This document shows, piece after piece, positions 38,646-48,630 of a stretch of 64,000 nt of DNA (its first letter is position 1; every line of letters starts with the position of its first letter). Source of the DNA: a virus; the IMG/VR virus record IMGVR_UViG_3300044835_000040, positions 1 to 64,000 of that record, one strand, 5' to 3'. The notes below the pieces were generated by a model. It did not search any database. It saw only the letters and a program-made list of their open reading frames with translations, and had not been told where the DNA came from. Both the position numbers and the translations under genes were made by a program.

Positions 38646-41156
38646 ATGGCTCAGCCTGTCGCCGAAGAACAGACCGTAGCCGCCCAGCAGCTCGAAGCTG
38701 AACCTCCTCCGCAGTCGCACGTCGCGGCCGTTGCTGCTGCGGCTGCCGCCGCCGCGCTCGTGACCGGCGCGCCGTCGGCGCCGACTGCGCCGTCGAAAGC
38801 CGCGGTGCGCGCTGCGACGAAGACGCTGCTCGACGGTGTGGACGCGCTGTTCCGAGCGCGCCGTCACGGGTTCGCCACGTACATCACGACGACGGCGCAG
38901 CACCAGATGCCCGGCATCGGCGCGGACAGGGTGAGCATGTTGGCCGCGGAGGAGATGCGCAACGAGGCTGAATTCCAGCGCAAGCAGCGCCAGCGTCTCG
39001 CCGAGGAGCTGCCGCAGGCGCTGCTGATCGCCGACCCGGCCAAGCGCGCTGAAGCCGTCGCGAACATCCTCGAACGCGAGAAGCGCTACATCGGCCAGCG
39101 CGAACAGGCCGCGGCACAGCGGCTGGTCGCCGCGCTCGAAGACGACCTGCTGAAGGCTGCGTCGCCGCTCGGCGCGTACTGGAAGCTCTCGCCGCTCGTG
39201 CGTGAACACTGCCTGCGGTGCCTCGCGATGGCAGGGAAGTTCTGGCCGTGGGAGGTCCTTGAAGCGCATCGGATGCCTGTGCACCCGAACTGCCAGTGCT
39301 CGAAGCTGAGCTTGGACGAGGCGGTGAACCAGGGCCTGATGACGCAGGACCAGATCCCGGCGAAGGGCGACGCCATCGCGCTCGCGACGCGACTGATGAG
39401 CGAAGCGGGGAGGCTCGAAGAGGCGCTGACGCACGAGGAGCAGCACGAGCTGGTCTCCGGCATGGAGCTGCAGGTGGTGGAGGCGTCGCTGCGCGAGATC
39501 CTGCGGTGGGGGAAGGGCACCGAGCATGGCGGCGAGTTCAAGCCGAAGTCGGGCGGCAACCCCGGCGCGGCGGTGCAGAAGGCGGCGCACCAGCTGCGTT
39601 TCGAGACGGCGCCCGCGGCGAGCGGCCGCACGGTGAAGCTGAAGGGCGAGTCGCATTGGATCCCGAAGGGCGAGGACTGGCAGCACAAGATCGGCTCGAA
39701 CGAGTACAGCTCGCCGTGGGGGACGACGCGGATCTACCGCAACGGGCAGCTGCTCTCCCAGAGCCATCACGACCTGACGGGCACGACGCCGATCGCGACG
39801 AAGCCGCACGATGGCGGCCCGTCGTTCTTCCCGGAGCTGGGCAGTCACGGGTTCGTGGGGCCGTACGTGCCGCCGCCGGAGCCGAAGATCACGCCGCGCC
39901 CGGCGCCGAAGGGTCTGGGCAAGGTGGGCATCCCGGACTACTCGGGCCGCAAGCTGGAGATCGGCAAGAGCGCGGGCGGCTCGACGGGCGCCAAATGGGC
40001 GTTCGACAAGAAAGGCAACCGGTGGCTGGTCAAGACCTACAAAGGCAACCAGGACCGTGTGGCGAGCGAGCTGCTGGCGAACGCGATCTACCGGGACCTG
40101 GGCGCGAAGGTCGCTCCGGCGGGCACCTACTACGCGAAGCTGGACGGCAAGCCGATCGTCGCGCTCACGTACCCGACGCTGGAGGGCGAGATCCGCAAAA
40201 TCAACTCGCCGAGCCGGGACCTGGGCAAGCACTACATGGCGGACGCGCTCGTCGCCAACTGGGACTTCGTGGGGCTCGCCGACGACAACGTGCTGTGGGG
40301 GCCTGACGGCAAGCCCGCTCGGCTCGATCAGGGCGGCACGTTCCAGTTCCGTGCGCAGGGCGCGCCGAAGCCCTACGGCGGCGTCCCGACTGAGGCGTGG
40401 ACGATGTTGCAGCCGAAGGGCCAGGGCTTCGGCAAGGTCGACGTGAGCGAGTCGGAAATGCGCGGGCAGGCCGCCAAGATCGCGGAGACGCTGACGCCGA
40501 CGCGCATCAAGCAGCTCGTGATGGCCGCACCGTTCGCCGACACGAAGATGGCGGGTGAGGTCGAAGCGGCGCTGAGGGAACGCGTGCAGTGGATGCGCGA
40601 CTTCAGCACGGGCGACGTGTCGCTGCCGCAGCCGTTGACTGGCGGTGAGATCGGCAAGCAGCTGCACGAGCACCAGCGGAACCTGGGGGCGTCCCCGGAG
40701 CAGCACAACGCGCTCGCGCGCTACACGAGCGACGAGGCTCTGCAGCGCCGGATGCAGGAACGGCTCCGCGCTGGGGAGAAGCTGTCGCTGGTGCAGAACG
40801 AGATGCGCAAGGGCATCGACAATCTGCTCGGGCGCGCTGCGACGCCGGAAGACCTGACGGTGTACCGGACGATGGATCCAGGGCAGCTCGGGGACCTGAG
40901 CAAGCTGGAGGGCAAGATCGTCAAAGACAAGGGCTTCGGTGGCGCCACGTCCTCGCGCGCGGCGGCGTCCGCGGCGCCGGGGATGCTGCAGATCCATGTT
41001 CCCGCCGGGTCGCGAGTCCTTCACGTGCACAGCCTCGAAGGCGTCGACAAGACCGACCCGCACAGCGAGCTGATGTTGCCTCGCGGCTCGCGGATGCGGG
41101 TGAAGGAAGTCGAGCGCCGCGGCAGCAAAACGATCGTCCACACGGTGCTCGTCTGA
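38646..41156 (+). CDS. MuF/minor-head protein fused to a kinase-like domain and an ADP-ribosyltransferase domain
   Basis: HCLRC..HPNCQC (MuF); GGSTGA..WLVK..SELLA..NWD..DN..RLDQGG (PI3/4-kinase/HipA-like); RYT..LTVYR..DKGF..TS..ELMLPRG (VIP2-like ART). Confidence 0.8.
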   Translation: MAQPVAEEQTVAAQQLEAEPPPQSHVAAVAAAAAAAALVTGAPSAPTAPSKAAVRAATKTLLDGVDALFRARRHGFATYITTTAQHQMPGIGADRVSMLAAEEMRNEAEFQRKQRQRLAEELPQALLIADPAKRAEAVANILEREKRYIGQREQAAAQRLVAALEDDLLKAASPLGAYWKLSPLVREHCLRCLAMAGKFWPWEVLEAHRMPVHPNCQCSKLSLDEAVNQGLMTQDQIPAKGDAIALATRLMSEAGRLEEALTHEEQHELVSGMELQVVEASLREILRWGKGTEHGGEFKPKSGGNPGAAVQKAAHQLRFETAPAASGRTVKLKGESHWIPKGEDWQHKIGSNEYSSPWGTTRIYRNGQLLSQSHHDLTGTTPIATKPHDGGPSFFPELGSHGFVGPYVPPPEPKITPRPAPKGLGKVGIPDYSGRKLEIGKSAGGSTGAKWAFDKKGNRWLVKTYKGNQDRVASELLANAIYRDLGAKVAPAGTYYAKLDGKPIVALTYPTLEGEIRKINSPSRDLGKHYMADALVANWDFVGLADDNVLWGPDGKPARLDQGGTFQFRAQGAPKPYGGVPTEAWTMLQPKGQGFGKVDVSESEMRGQAAKIAETLTPTRIKQLVMAAPFADTKMAGEVEAALRERVQWMRDFSTGDVSLPQPLTGGEIGKQLHEHQRNLGASPEQHNALARYTSDEALQRRMQERLRAGEKLSLVQNEMRKGIDNLLGRAATPEDLTVYRTMDPGQLGDLSKLEGKIVKDKGFGGATSSRAAASAAPGMLQIHVPAGSRVLHVHSLEGVDKTDPHSELMLPRGSRMRVKEVERRGSKTIVHTVLV

Positions 41157-42736
41157 TGGAATGGGACTTCCCGCTCCAGGTCGAATCTGACCGCGGCGGC
41201 GCCGGTCGCGACGACCCCGACAACCTGCTCGGCCCGGTCGCCACGGCGGTGCTCGACCCGGCGCCCGTCGTCGGCGAGATGCCGGAGGAGGAGCTGGCCG
41301 ACCCCGACTGGGGCGAAGCGGATCTGGATCTCCCGGAGGAGGCGGGGCCGCCGACACCGCGGCGCGTGCTGGAGGCGTTCGCCGAGTCGCTGCATCCTCG
41401 CGACCGGCTCGGAGAGTGGGCCGGGATCGGCTTCAAGGGCATCATCGACAAGCCCCTCGACGAGCCGCCGCTACCGCGCGGCCGTGTCAGCTCGGGGATG
41501 GTGCTCCGGGAGCCTGACGGCCGGACGTGGGTCTTCGAGCCGAAGGGTCACTTCGGCGGCTACGAGCACACGTTCCCGAAGGGGATGGTGGAGAAGGGCT
41601 ACTCGCCGCAGCAGAACGCGCACAAGGAGCTGTTCGAGGAGACCGGCCTGCGCGCGGAGATCACCGGCCACCTCGGCGACTACAAGGGCACGACCGGCGT
41701 CACGCGCTTCTACACGGCGACGCGTACCGGTGGCGAGCCGCTGCCGCCCGATCCGACGCCGTTCGTGGAGGGCAGCCGGGAGTCAGCAGCGGTGAAGCTC
41801 GTCACGCCGGAGGAGGCGCATGGCCTGCTGAACATGCCGCGCGACAAACGCGTGCTGAAGGACGCGCTGGCGGTGCAGGAGGGCACGTTCATGGAGGGCC
41901 TGCACCCGCGCGACCGCAATGGCAAATGGATGGACGCGGCGAGCAAAATCGCAGCGCACGGCAATCCCGCGGAGGTGGACACGCTGAGCGTCCACGCCCC
42001 CGGCGGGCAGCTCTCCCCGGAGCGCGAGGCGCTTCATCGGCAGATCATCCACGAGGCCATCGCCAACTCGGCTGAGCAGTCGCATCCCACGGCGTTGTTC
42101 ACCGCGGGCGGCGCTGCGTCGGGGAAGTCCTCACTGGTCAAGCAGCTGCACACGCCGATCGACAGCATCATGGTCAACCCGGATCTGATCAAGGAGAAAC
42201 TGCCGGAGTACCATCTGCTCCGCGAATCCGGGCACAAGGACATCGCCGCGCACGCGACGCACGAGGAGTCCAGCCACATCGCTGCGCAGATCGCCTCGAT
42301 CGCGATCAAGGGCCGCAGGAACGTGATCATCGACGGCGTGGGGGACAGCCAGTCGAGGAAGTTCGTCGGCAAGCTGCAGGCCGCGCACGATGCTGGGCAT
42401 CAGGTGACGGTCCGCTACGCCCACACGCCGGTCGACGCGGCGCTGGCGCGCGAGGACAGACGCCGCGAGCGCACCGGCCGCGCTGTCCCGCATGGCGTGC
42501 TCGAACATGCTCACCGCGAAGTCGCGCAGCGGTATCACGATGAGGTGCAGCATCTTCGCGGCGTCAAAGTCGAGATCTACGACACGAACGGGAAAGCCAA
42601 CTCGCAGGGCGACCGGCCCGCACCGAAGCTGATCGCCGAACACACGCCGGGTGGTGAGCGCGTCGTCAAGGACCGCGAGAAGTACGCTGAGTTCGTCGCG
42701 AAGCGACACCCGGCCGTCACGACCGCAGGCGAATGA
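41156..42736 (+). CDS. Nudix hydrolase / zeta-toxin-family P-loop kinase fusion
   Basis: Nudix box FPKGMVEKGYSPQQNAHKELFEETGL; zeta-like GGAASGKS, VNPDLIK, HEES, IIDG. Confidence 0.85.
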   Translation: MEWDFPLQVESDRGGAGRDDPDNLLGPVATAVLDPAPVVGEMPEEELADPDWGEADLDLPEEAGPPTPRRVLEAFAESLHPRDRLGEWAGIGFKGIIDKPLDEPPLPRGRVSSGMVLREPDGRTWVFEPKGHFGGYEHTFPKGMVEKGYSPQQNAHKELFEETGLRAEITGHLGDYKGTTGVTRFYTATRTGGEPLPPDPTPFVEGSRESAAVKLVTPEEAHGLLNMPRDKRVLKDALAVQEGTFMEGLHPRDRNGKWMDAASKIAAHGNPAEVDTLSVHAPGGQLSPEREALHRQIIHEAIANSAEQSHPTALFTAGGAASGKSSLVKQLHTPIDSIMVNPDLIKEKLPEYHLLRESGHKDIAAHATHEESSHIAAQIASIAIKGRRNVIIDGVGDSQSRKFVGKLQAAHDAGHQVTVRYAHTPVDAALAREDRRRERTGRAVPHGVLEHAHREVAQRYHDEVQHLRGVKVEIYDTNGKANSQGDRPAPKLIAEHTPGGERVVKDREKYAEFVAKRHPAVTTAGE

Positions 42737-45700
42737 GCGAGCTAGAGACCGTCATCCCGCACGACAGTGCGGACTACCTGGAGCGCAAGCCGATCCGGTA
42801 CAGCCGCAAGACGATCGTGCTCGACGACGGCTCGCAGTACGACCTGAACGCGCCGGGGCCGTTCGACCCGGCGACGACGCTCTACCAGACGCCGCTGGAT
42901 CCGGTCCTGGAGGCCGCGGTGTTCGAGACGGAGCTGCACCCGCGCTGGCCGAAAGGCTCCGGGCTCCGCTCGGGCGAGTTCATGCGCGTCGGCGAGCACT
43001 TCAAGAGCAGCGGCGTGGAGTGGGAGATCAGCCACATCGTCAAAGGCCACATCATCGCTCACCGGTACGCGACGCAGAAATCGGACGGGCCGCAGACGAA
43101 GACGTTCGAGGTGACGATGCATCCCGGCGAGGGGCACGCGCACGTCTCGGCGATTGAAGAGTTCGTGCAGGCGCCCGTGCCGAAGGGCAGCAAGTCTGGC
43201 GGCGGCACGGTGACGATCGTCAGCCCGTACGTCGACAGCAAGACGCACGACCCGTCGATCGCGGTCCCCTCCACGTCGAAGATCACGCCGGAGGAGTGGC
43301 AGCGGTTCGGGCGGCTGGATCAGCTTGTCTACGTCGAGCACCAGGAACGCTTCGGCGAGTACAAGGACTCGACGCAGACGCAGGCGCTCGTCGACGCGGC
43401 CTACCAGAAGTTCTCGAAGGCGGCTGCCGACATGGCGCGCAGCGCCTACCAGTCGCAGTACGGATCCTCCTCCGGGCACACGCTCTCGCTCGCGGATGGT
43501 CAGATCCACGGTGCGGCGCCGGAGCTGCGCGCTGAGGCGGTCGCGCTGCTCGGCGAGCACGCCGCGGCGGTGCAGTGGGATCTAATGAACCGCACGCACT
43601 CGCCGGACATCACGCTCTCGCACAAGTCCGGGCACGACAAGAGCTGGTGGCAGCAGAAAATCACCGACAAGCTGCCGGTGTTCTCGACGCTCTCGCAGGC
43701 GTGGGCGTACAAGAAGGGCGGCTTCGGCGGGCACGGCATGGTGACGCCGATGGCGATCCGGCATCTCGTGCTCTCGACGCAGAGCGCGAAGGCGTCCTCG
43801 TCGGCGTCCTCGTTCGCTGGGGAGAAAGAGGTCGCGACGCCGTACCGGTGGATCCCGGACGAGAGGTCGCTGCCGATCTCCGACGGCGATGGCTCGCAGG
43901 TCAAAGGGCTGAACTGGCTGGCTGGCGCGACGACGGTCCCGACGGGCGGCTCGGTCGCTGAAGCGCTCGTCGACTCGATCAAGAACGGGACGTATCTCGC
44001 GCCGGTCGCGCAGCCGCCGCAGATCACGATGGATGGCGCGAGCGGCAAGACATGGATCGATCCGCCGCCGGAGGCCGCCGACCCGAAGTTCGAGGGCGTC
44101 ACGCTGCCGACGGAGTATGGCGCGAAGATCCCGCCCGCGGACCTGCCGAAGGGCGTGCCGTGGAACAAGGTTGACGCTGCTGGCAACCCGGTCGCGCAGA
44201 CCGGTGAAGAGGCTGGCGCGCACGTCGGGCAGTACTTCATGGGGCTGGCTGGGACGCTCTACTGGATCGGCCCGGACCCCGGCGCTTCGGGCGGCTACCC
44301 GTACCACATCTTCAAGATCCAGAACGGCGAATTCACGTCGGAGAACTTCGGCTACAACGCCAACCAGCCGGGCTACTACACGAACAAGTCGTTCGACATC
44401 AGCAACTGGCTGGAGGTGCAGAACAAAGCGCCGGGCTTCGAGCCGTCGCTGTGGGGCGAGTCGCTGGACGCGAAGTTCCTGGAGACGTTCCAGCCGGGCG
44501 AGAAGTTCCTGCTGAACGGTACGGCGTGGGAGGTGATGCCGGGCGGCAACGGCGTGCAGGTCCCGGTGATGGATCTCAACTCGGGGCTGAAGGGCAAGAT
44601 CAACGGCACGTACAAGACGAGCTATCTCGTCCCGAAGGGCGAGGGCAGCAAGACGATCGATATGCCGTCGCCGGAGCACCAGAAGTTCCAGGAGGGCCAG
44701 TGGGTCAAGTCGGCGTTCGGTAAGGGGCTGGTCACGAAGGTCGAAGGCACCGAGGGCGTGGGGCAGCTCGTGACGGTCGAGCATGTTGGCGGTCCGTCGT
44801 CGATGAAGGCCGCGGAGTTCCCGGCGAAGGAGCTGTCGCTGTGGCCGCAGCAGGTGGGCGTGCCTGCGCTCGGGTCGACGTTCGAGCACGAGGGCAAGAA
44901 GGCGACCGTCACGAAGATCATGGCGTCCGGCAAGATCCAGGCGAACCTGAAACCGGGCAAGCTGCAGCTCTCCCCGCAGGACTTCGCTTCAGCGCACGGC
45001 CACCACGTCGTGCCGATCAGCTCGCTGCAGATCGAGCCGCAGAAGACGAAGCTGAAGGACATGGCGCCGGGGGACCTGTTCCACGGCTCTGCGGGCAACC
45101 AGACGATCCGGCCGTATCAGGTCGTCTACAAGGGCGAGGGCAGCAAAACGGTGTACGTGCAGAACCTCGACAACGGGCACGTCGAGGAGCTGTCGCGCAA
45201 CGTCAGCTACCGCCGTCTGACGCCGGTCGCTTCGGACTCCCAGATCCCGCACGATGATCAGCCGAAGGGCGCGCCGGTCAACCTGACCGGGCCGGGCGGT
45301 GTCGGTGCGGCGTGGGACCCCGCGAAGTTCGAGCCGGGGCCGTCGATCACCGCGCAGAACATGGCGGTCGGCGACTACTTCACGGGCACCTACAACGGCA
45401 TCGTCTACCAGAAGACCGAGGATACGCCGACGCACTCGAAGGTCGTCGTCGTCGACTCTGTGGGCACTGGCACCGAGGGCCAGCTACTCGAAATAGCGCA
45501 CGGCGGGACCCCGGCTCCGTTCGAGACGCTGGTGCCGAAGGCGCAGGGACCGCCGCCGGAGATCGCGTCGCCGAGCACGTTCGTGCCGGGCGACTACAAC
45601 TTCGGCCCGAAGGTGCACATCAAGGACATGCCGCTCGGCACGATCTTCCAGACCGAAGACGGCGAGCGGCACGTGATCTCGAAAGACGACGGTGGCGACA

Positions 45701-48354
45701 AGACGCTGCTCAGCCTCGACGACGGGCACGTCATCACAGTCGACAAGACGATGCTCGATGCCTCTCCGGAGGCAGTCCACACGACGCTCGTCCCGGACAC
45801 TCCGCAGCTGAGCACGCACAGCGATGGCTGGCAGACGGGGCAAACGCAAACGTCGAGCGTCGGTCATCTCGCGATCGGTGACCACTTCAAGTCCGCTTCG
45901 CCTGGGAACAACATCTTCGAGGTCACCGGGCCACCCGACGGGGAGGGCTTCGTCCCGGCGAAGCTGGTGGCGTCGTCGATGCTCAAACCGGTGATCGGGA
46001 AGGAGCTGCAGTTCCAGAAGGAGACGGTCGTGAGCACCGCTCACCCGATCCCCGGCAGCAAACCGGCGGCGCTGGAAGTCGAGGACCATTCGGTGCTCGC
46101 GGGGCCGCAGGCGACGCCGTTCGACCCGTCGAGCTACATCGAGAGCGACAAGATCAAAATCGGCGACATGGCGCCGGGCACGGTCTTCAAGACGGACTCG
46201 GTGAAGAAAGGGTCGCAGTACTACAAGCTCTCCGACGACGGCCAGCACACGACGAACCTACTGACGGGGAAGGTGTTCCCGGCGAAGCCGAAATGGCACG
46301 GCACGGTGATGGAGAAGCAGCGCACGCCGCACGTCGAGCACGAGTACACGCATCCGCCTAACTCGGCTGACCCGCCGGAAGACAGCGCGCCGCCGGAGTT
46401 CAAGTCGGTGCCGGGCACCATCGGCGCGCTGAGCAAGGGCGATACGTTCAAGGTGCCGGAGGGCTACTTCCAGGCGGGCAAGGAGTTCAAGGTCCACGAC
46501 ACCACGCCGCAGTGGCACCCGCCTGTGGGCCACCTGTCCGGCTACCACACGATTGAGGTGTCGAGCGCGGACGGCGTGTCGTCGATGGCGACGAACCTGA
46601 AGCTCGATCCGGCGCCGGAGGATCACGCGGACGGCACGGTGCTGAAGGACAAGGCGACGAACGTCACGCCGTACGCGCAGCTGAGCAAGGGCGACACGAC
46701 GACGGTCGAGGCGCTGCGCAAGGGCGACACGTTCTCGATCGCCACGTTGCCGGGGGTCTTCGAGGTCATCAAACCGGCGGGCAGGCCGAGCGACAACCTG
46801 GACGACACGACGAGCTACGCGGACGTGCAGGCGATCGAGGGCAGCGGCGCGCACATCGAAAACTTCTCCCTGCATCCGACGGGAGCGGTGCAGCTGCAGC
46901 AGAAGGCCGAGCACGTGATGCCGGTGTCGGTGCCGCAGACGTTGATCGACTCGCTGCCGGAGGCCGTCGAAAACGGCAAGCTGCAGGGGTTCAAGCAGGC
47001 GTCGGCCGGGGCGTACATCTTCACGCCGATCGAGAAGCTGCCCGCGGGCGCCATCGCCGAAGACGCGGCGGGCAAGAAGTGGCTCGTGAAGCAGCCGGGC
47101 GCGGTGCCGGTGCTGAGCAACGGCCTGTACAACTACCGCGTCCACGACCCGTCGATCAAACTGGCCGACACGGCGCAGGCGGCGTTCGGGCCGCAGGCGC
47201 CGTTCCAGGACTGGGCGGATCCGCTCGCGACCGAACCGGGCACGATGGAGCAGAAGGCCGCGAAGGCTGATCTCGTGCCGAACGCCGCGGAGATGCCGAT
47301 CGCGGGCCTGCACATCAAGGAGGGCGACTTCCTGCAGTGGAAAGGCAACGTCGCGAAGGTGCTGCCGCCGGACAACGCGAACGTGAAGGTCGAAGACGTG
47401 GTGACCGGCAAGCACTCCTACCTGTCGCAGTTGATCGTGCCGGAGAAGATCTCGCCGGGGCACACGGTCCCGGCGCCGGAGCCCGCGCCGCCGGAGCCGG
47501 AAGTGACCGCAGAGCTACCCGCTGCGCCAACGCAGTTCACGCACGCCGTCAAGGCTACGCAGTTGGCGGTAGGCGACAAGTTCACGCTCGCACCCGGTAG
47601 CGGGCACGTCTACACGGCTGGGATGGTCGGCTCAGAGATGGCGAAATACAAGGGCGACCACGGCGAGTGGCATAGCGCGATGGGCACGGTCTACACGCAG
47701 CCGGAGGCGGCTGCCGCGACAGCACCGGCCGCCGAGCCGCCGAAGGCCGCTGTAGATCCTGCCGAGCCACAGCCGGTACACACGGTCGAGGACATGGCGC
47801 CGCACCAGGAGGTGCCGCAGATCAGCGGCACGCAGATCCCGGATGCGCTGGCGCCGTTTGGGTCGCCGAAGGGCGCTGGTGGCGTGTACTCCCACATCCC
47901 GCTGAAGGAGCTGCAGGTCGGCCAGATGTTCACCGACAAGTCGGGCGAGGACTTCCAGGTGATCGGCCACCAGGGCGACAAGACGATCTACCGCTCGATG
48001 ACGACGAGCGCGCAGTTCTCGGCGGCCAGCTCGGGCAAGGTCAAGCTCACGGCGCTGCCGCCGGAACCGGGGCCGCACCTGAAGCCGGTGATCGCGGACC
48101 TGACCGCGAAGTACGGGTCGCTGGAGAACGTGCCGAAGCTCTCGCTCGAAGACGCCGCGACGAGCACGTCGGGCACGGGCGGCAAGGCGTCCAACCCGCG
48201 GCTCGGGCATCTGAAGTACGGCCAGATGGCGATGGACGGCCAGGGCCACAAGGTCGTGTTCCTCGGCAGCTGGCTGAACCGTGCGCTGGTGCTCGACGTG
48301 GCGGGCCAGCCGAAGCTGGCGCCCGCGGGCACGCGCGTCAAACTCCTCGGCTGA
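42733..48354 (+). CDS. 1873-aa multidomain protein with about 15 SH3/KOW-like repeats and a possible ART-like domain
   Basis: Repeated (I/L)xx(L/M)xxG(D/T)xF units; DITLSH..FST..GEKEV segment. Confidence 0.75.
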   Translation: MSELETVIPHDSADYLERKPIRYSRKTIVLDDGSQYDLNAPGPFDPATTLYQTPLDPVLEAAVFETELHPRWPKGSGLRSGEFMRVGEHFKSSGVEWEISHIVKGHIIAHRYATQKSDGPQTKTFEVTMHPGEGHAHVSAIEEFVQAPVPKGSKSGGGTVTIVSPYVDSKTHDPSIAVPSTSKITPEEWQRFGRLDQLVYVEHQERFGEYKDSTQTQALVDAAYQKFSKAAADMARSAYQSQYGSSSGHTLSLADGQIHGAAPELRAEAVALLGEHAAAVQWDLMNRTHSPDITLSHKSGHDKSWWQQKITDKLPVFSTLSQAWAYKKGGFGGHGMVTPMAIRHLVLSTQSAKASSSASSFAGEKEVATPYRWIPDERSLPISDGDGSQVKGLNWLAGATTVPTGGSVAEALVDSIKNGTYLAPVAQPPQITMDGASGKTWIDPPPEAADPKFEGVTLPTEYGAKIPPADLPKGVPWNKVDAAGNPVAQTGEEAGAHVGQYFMGLAGTLYWIGPDPGASGGYPYHIFKIQNGEFTSENFGYNANQPGYYTNKSFDISNWLEVQNKAPGFEPSLWGESLDAKFLETFQPGEKFLLNGTAWEVMPGGNGVQVPVMDLNSGLKGKINGTYKTSYLVPKGEGSKTIDMPSPEHQKFQEGQWVKSAFGKGLVTKVEGTEGVGQLVTVEHVGGPSSMKAAEFPAKELSLWPQQVGVPALGSTFEHEGKKATVTKIMASGKIQANLKPGKLQLSPQDFASAHGHHVVPISSLQIEPQKTKLKDMAPGDLFHGSAGNQTIRPYQVVYKGEGSKTVYVQNLDNGHVEELSRNVSYRRLTPVASDSQIPHDDQPKGAPVNLTGPGGVGAAWDPAKFEPGPSITAQNMAVGDYFTGTYNGIVYQKTEDTPTHSKVVVVDSVGTGTEGQLLEIAHGGTPAPFETLVPKAQGPPPEIASPSTFVPGDYNFGPKVHIKDMPLGTIFQTEDGERHVISKDDGGDKTLLSLDDGHVITVDKTMLDASPEAVHTTLVPDTPQLSTHSDGWQTGQTQTSSVGHLAIGDHFKSASPGNNIFEVTGPPDGEGFVPAKLVASSMLKPVIGKELQFQKETVVSTAHPIPGSKPAALEVEDHSVLAGPQATPFDPSSYIESDKIKIGDMAPGTVFKTDSVKKGSQYYKLSDDGQHTTNLLTGKVFPAKPKWHGTVMEKQRTPHVEHEYTHPPNSADPPEDSAPPEFKSVPGTIGALSKGDTFKVPEGYFQAGKEFKVHDTTPQWHPPVGHLSGYHTIEVSSADGVSSMATNLKLDPAPEDHADGTVLKDKATNVTPYAQLSKGDTTTVEALRKGDTFSIATLPGVFEVIKPAGRPSDNLDDTTSYADVQAIEGSGAHIENFSLHPTGAVQLQQKAEHVMPVSVPQTLIDSLPEAVENGKLQGFKQASAGAYIFTPIEKLPAGAIAEDAAGKKWLVKQPGAVPVLSNGLYNYRVHDPSIKLADTAQAAFGPQAPFQDWADPLATEPGTMEQKAAKADLVPNAAEMPIAGLHIKEGDFLQWKGNVAKVLPPDNANVKVEDVVTGKHSYLSQLIVPEKISPGHTVPAPEPAPPEPEVTAELPAAPTQFTHAVKATQLAVGDKFTLAPGSGHVYTAGMVGSEMAKYKGDHGEWHSAMGTVYTQPEAAAATAPAAEPPKAAVDPAEPQPVHTVEDMAPHQEVPQISGTQIPDALAPFGSPKGAGGVYSHIPLKELQVGQMFTDKSGEDFQVIGHQGDKTIYRSMTTSAQFSAASSGKVKLTALPPEPGPHLKPVIADLTAKYGSLENVPKLSLEDAATSTSGTGGKASNPRLGHLKYGQMAMDGQGHKVVFLGSWLNRALVLDVAGQPKLAPAGTRVKLLG

Positions 48355-48414
48355 CGCAGCGACCATCGGTCGCTATACTCTGTCTCGCAACCGATCAACT
48401 GGAGGTGCGAGATG
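48351..48414 (+). promoter_or_regulatory. Class-i header: CTGACG-N17-TATACT with palindrome AGCGACCATCGGTCGCT (48358-48374) and GGAGGTGCGAGATG
   Basis: Nearly identical to 28232-28294. Confidence 0.82.
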
Positions 48415-48630
48415 AAGGTAGACATGCTGATGCGGACAAAGGACCAGCCGATCCTCGTGGACGTGCAGGTGCGCGAGTCGAGCCACCGGCCGGGCAGGCT
48501 GAAGGTCTCGTTCGTGGTGCTCGACGCCGAGGGCGCCCCGCTCATAGCCAAGCGCAACAGCAAGCCGTCGACGGTGCCGCTGCCGCTGAACGACCGCGGC
48601 ATGGCTGACTTCAGGCTGGAGATGAACTAG
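48412..48630 (+). CDS. Small hypothetical protein
   Basis: First gene after a header. Confidence 0.65.
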   Translation: MKVDMLMRTKDQPILVDVQVRESSHRPGRLKVSFVVLDAEGAPLIAKRNSKPSTVPLPLNDRGMADFRLEMN

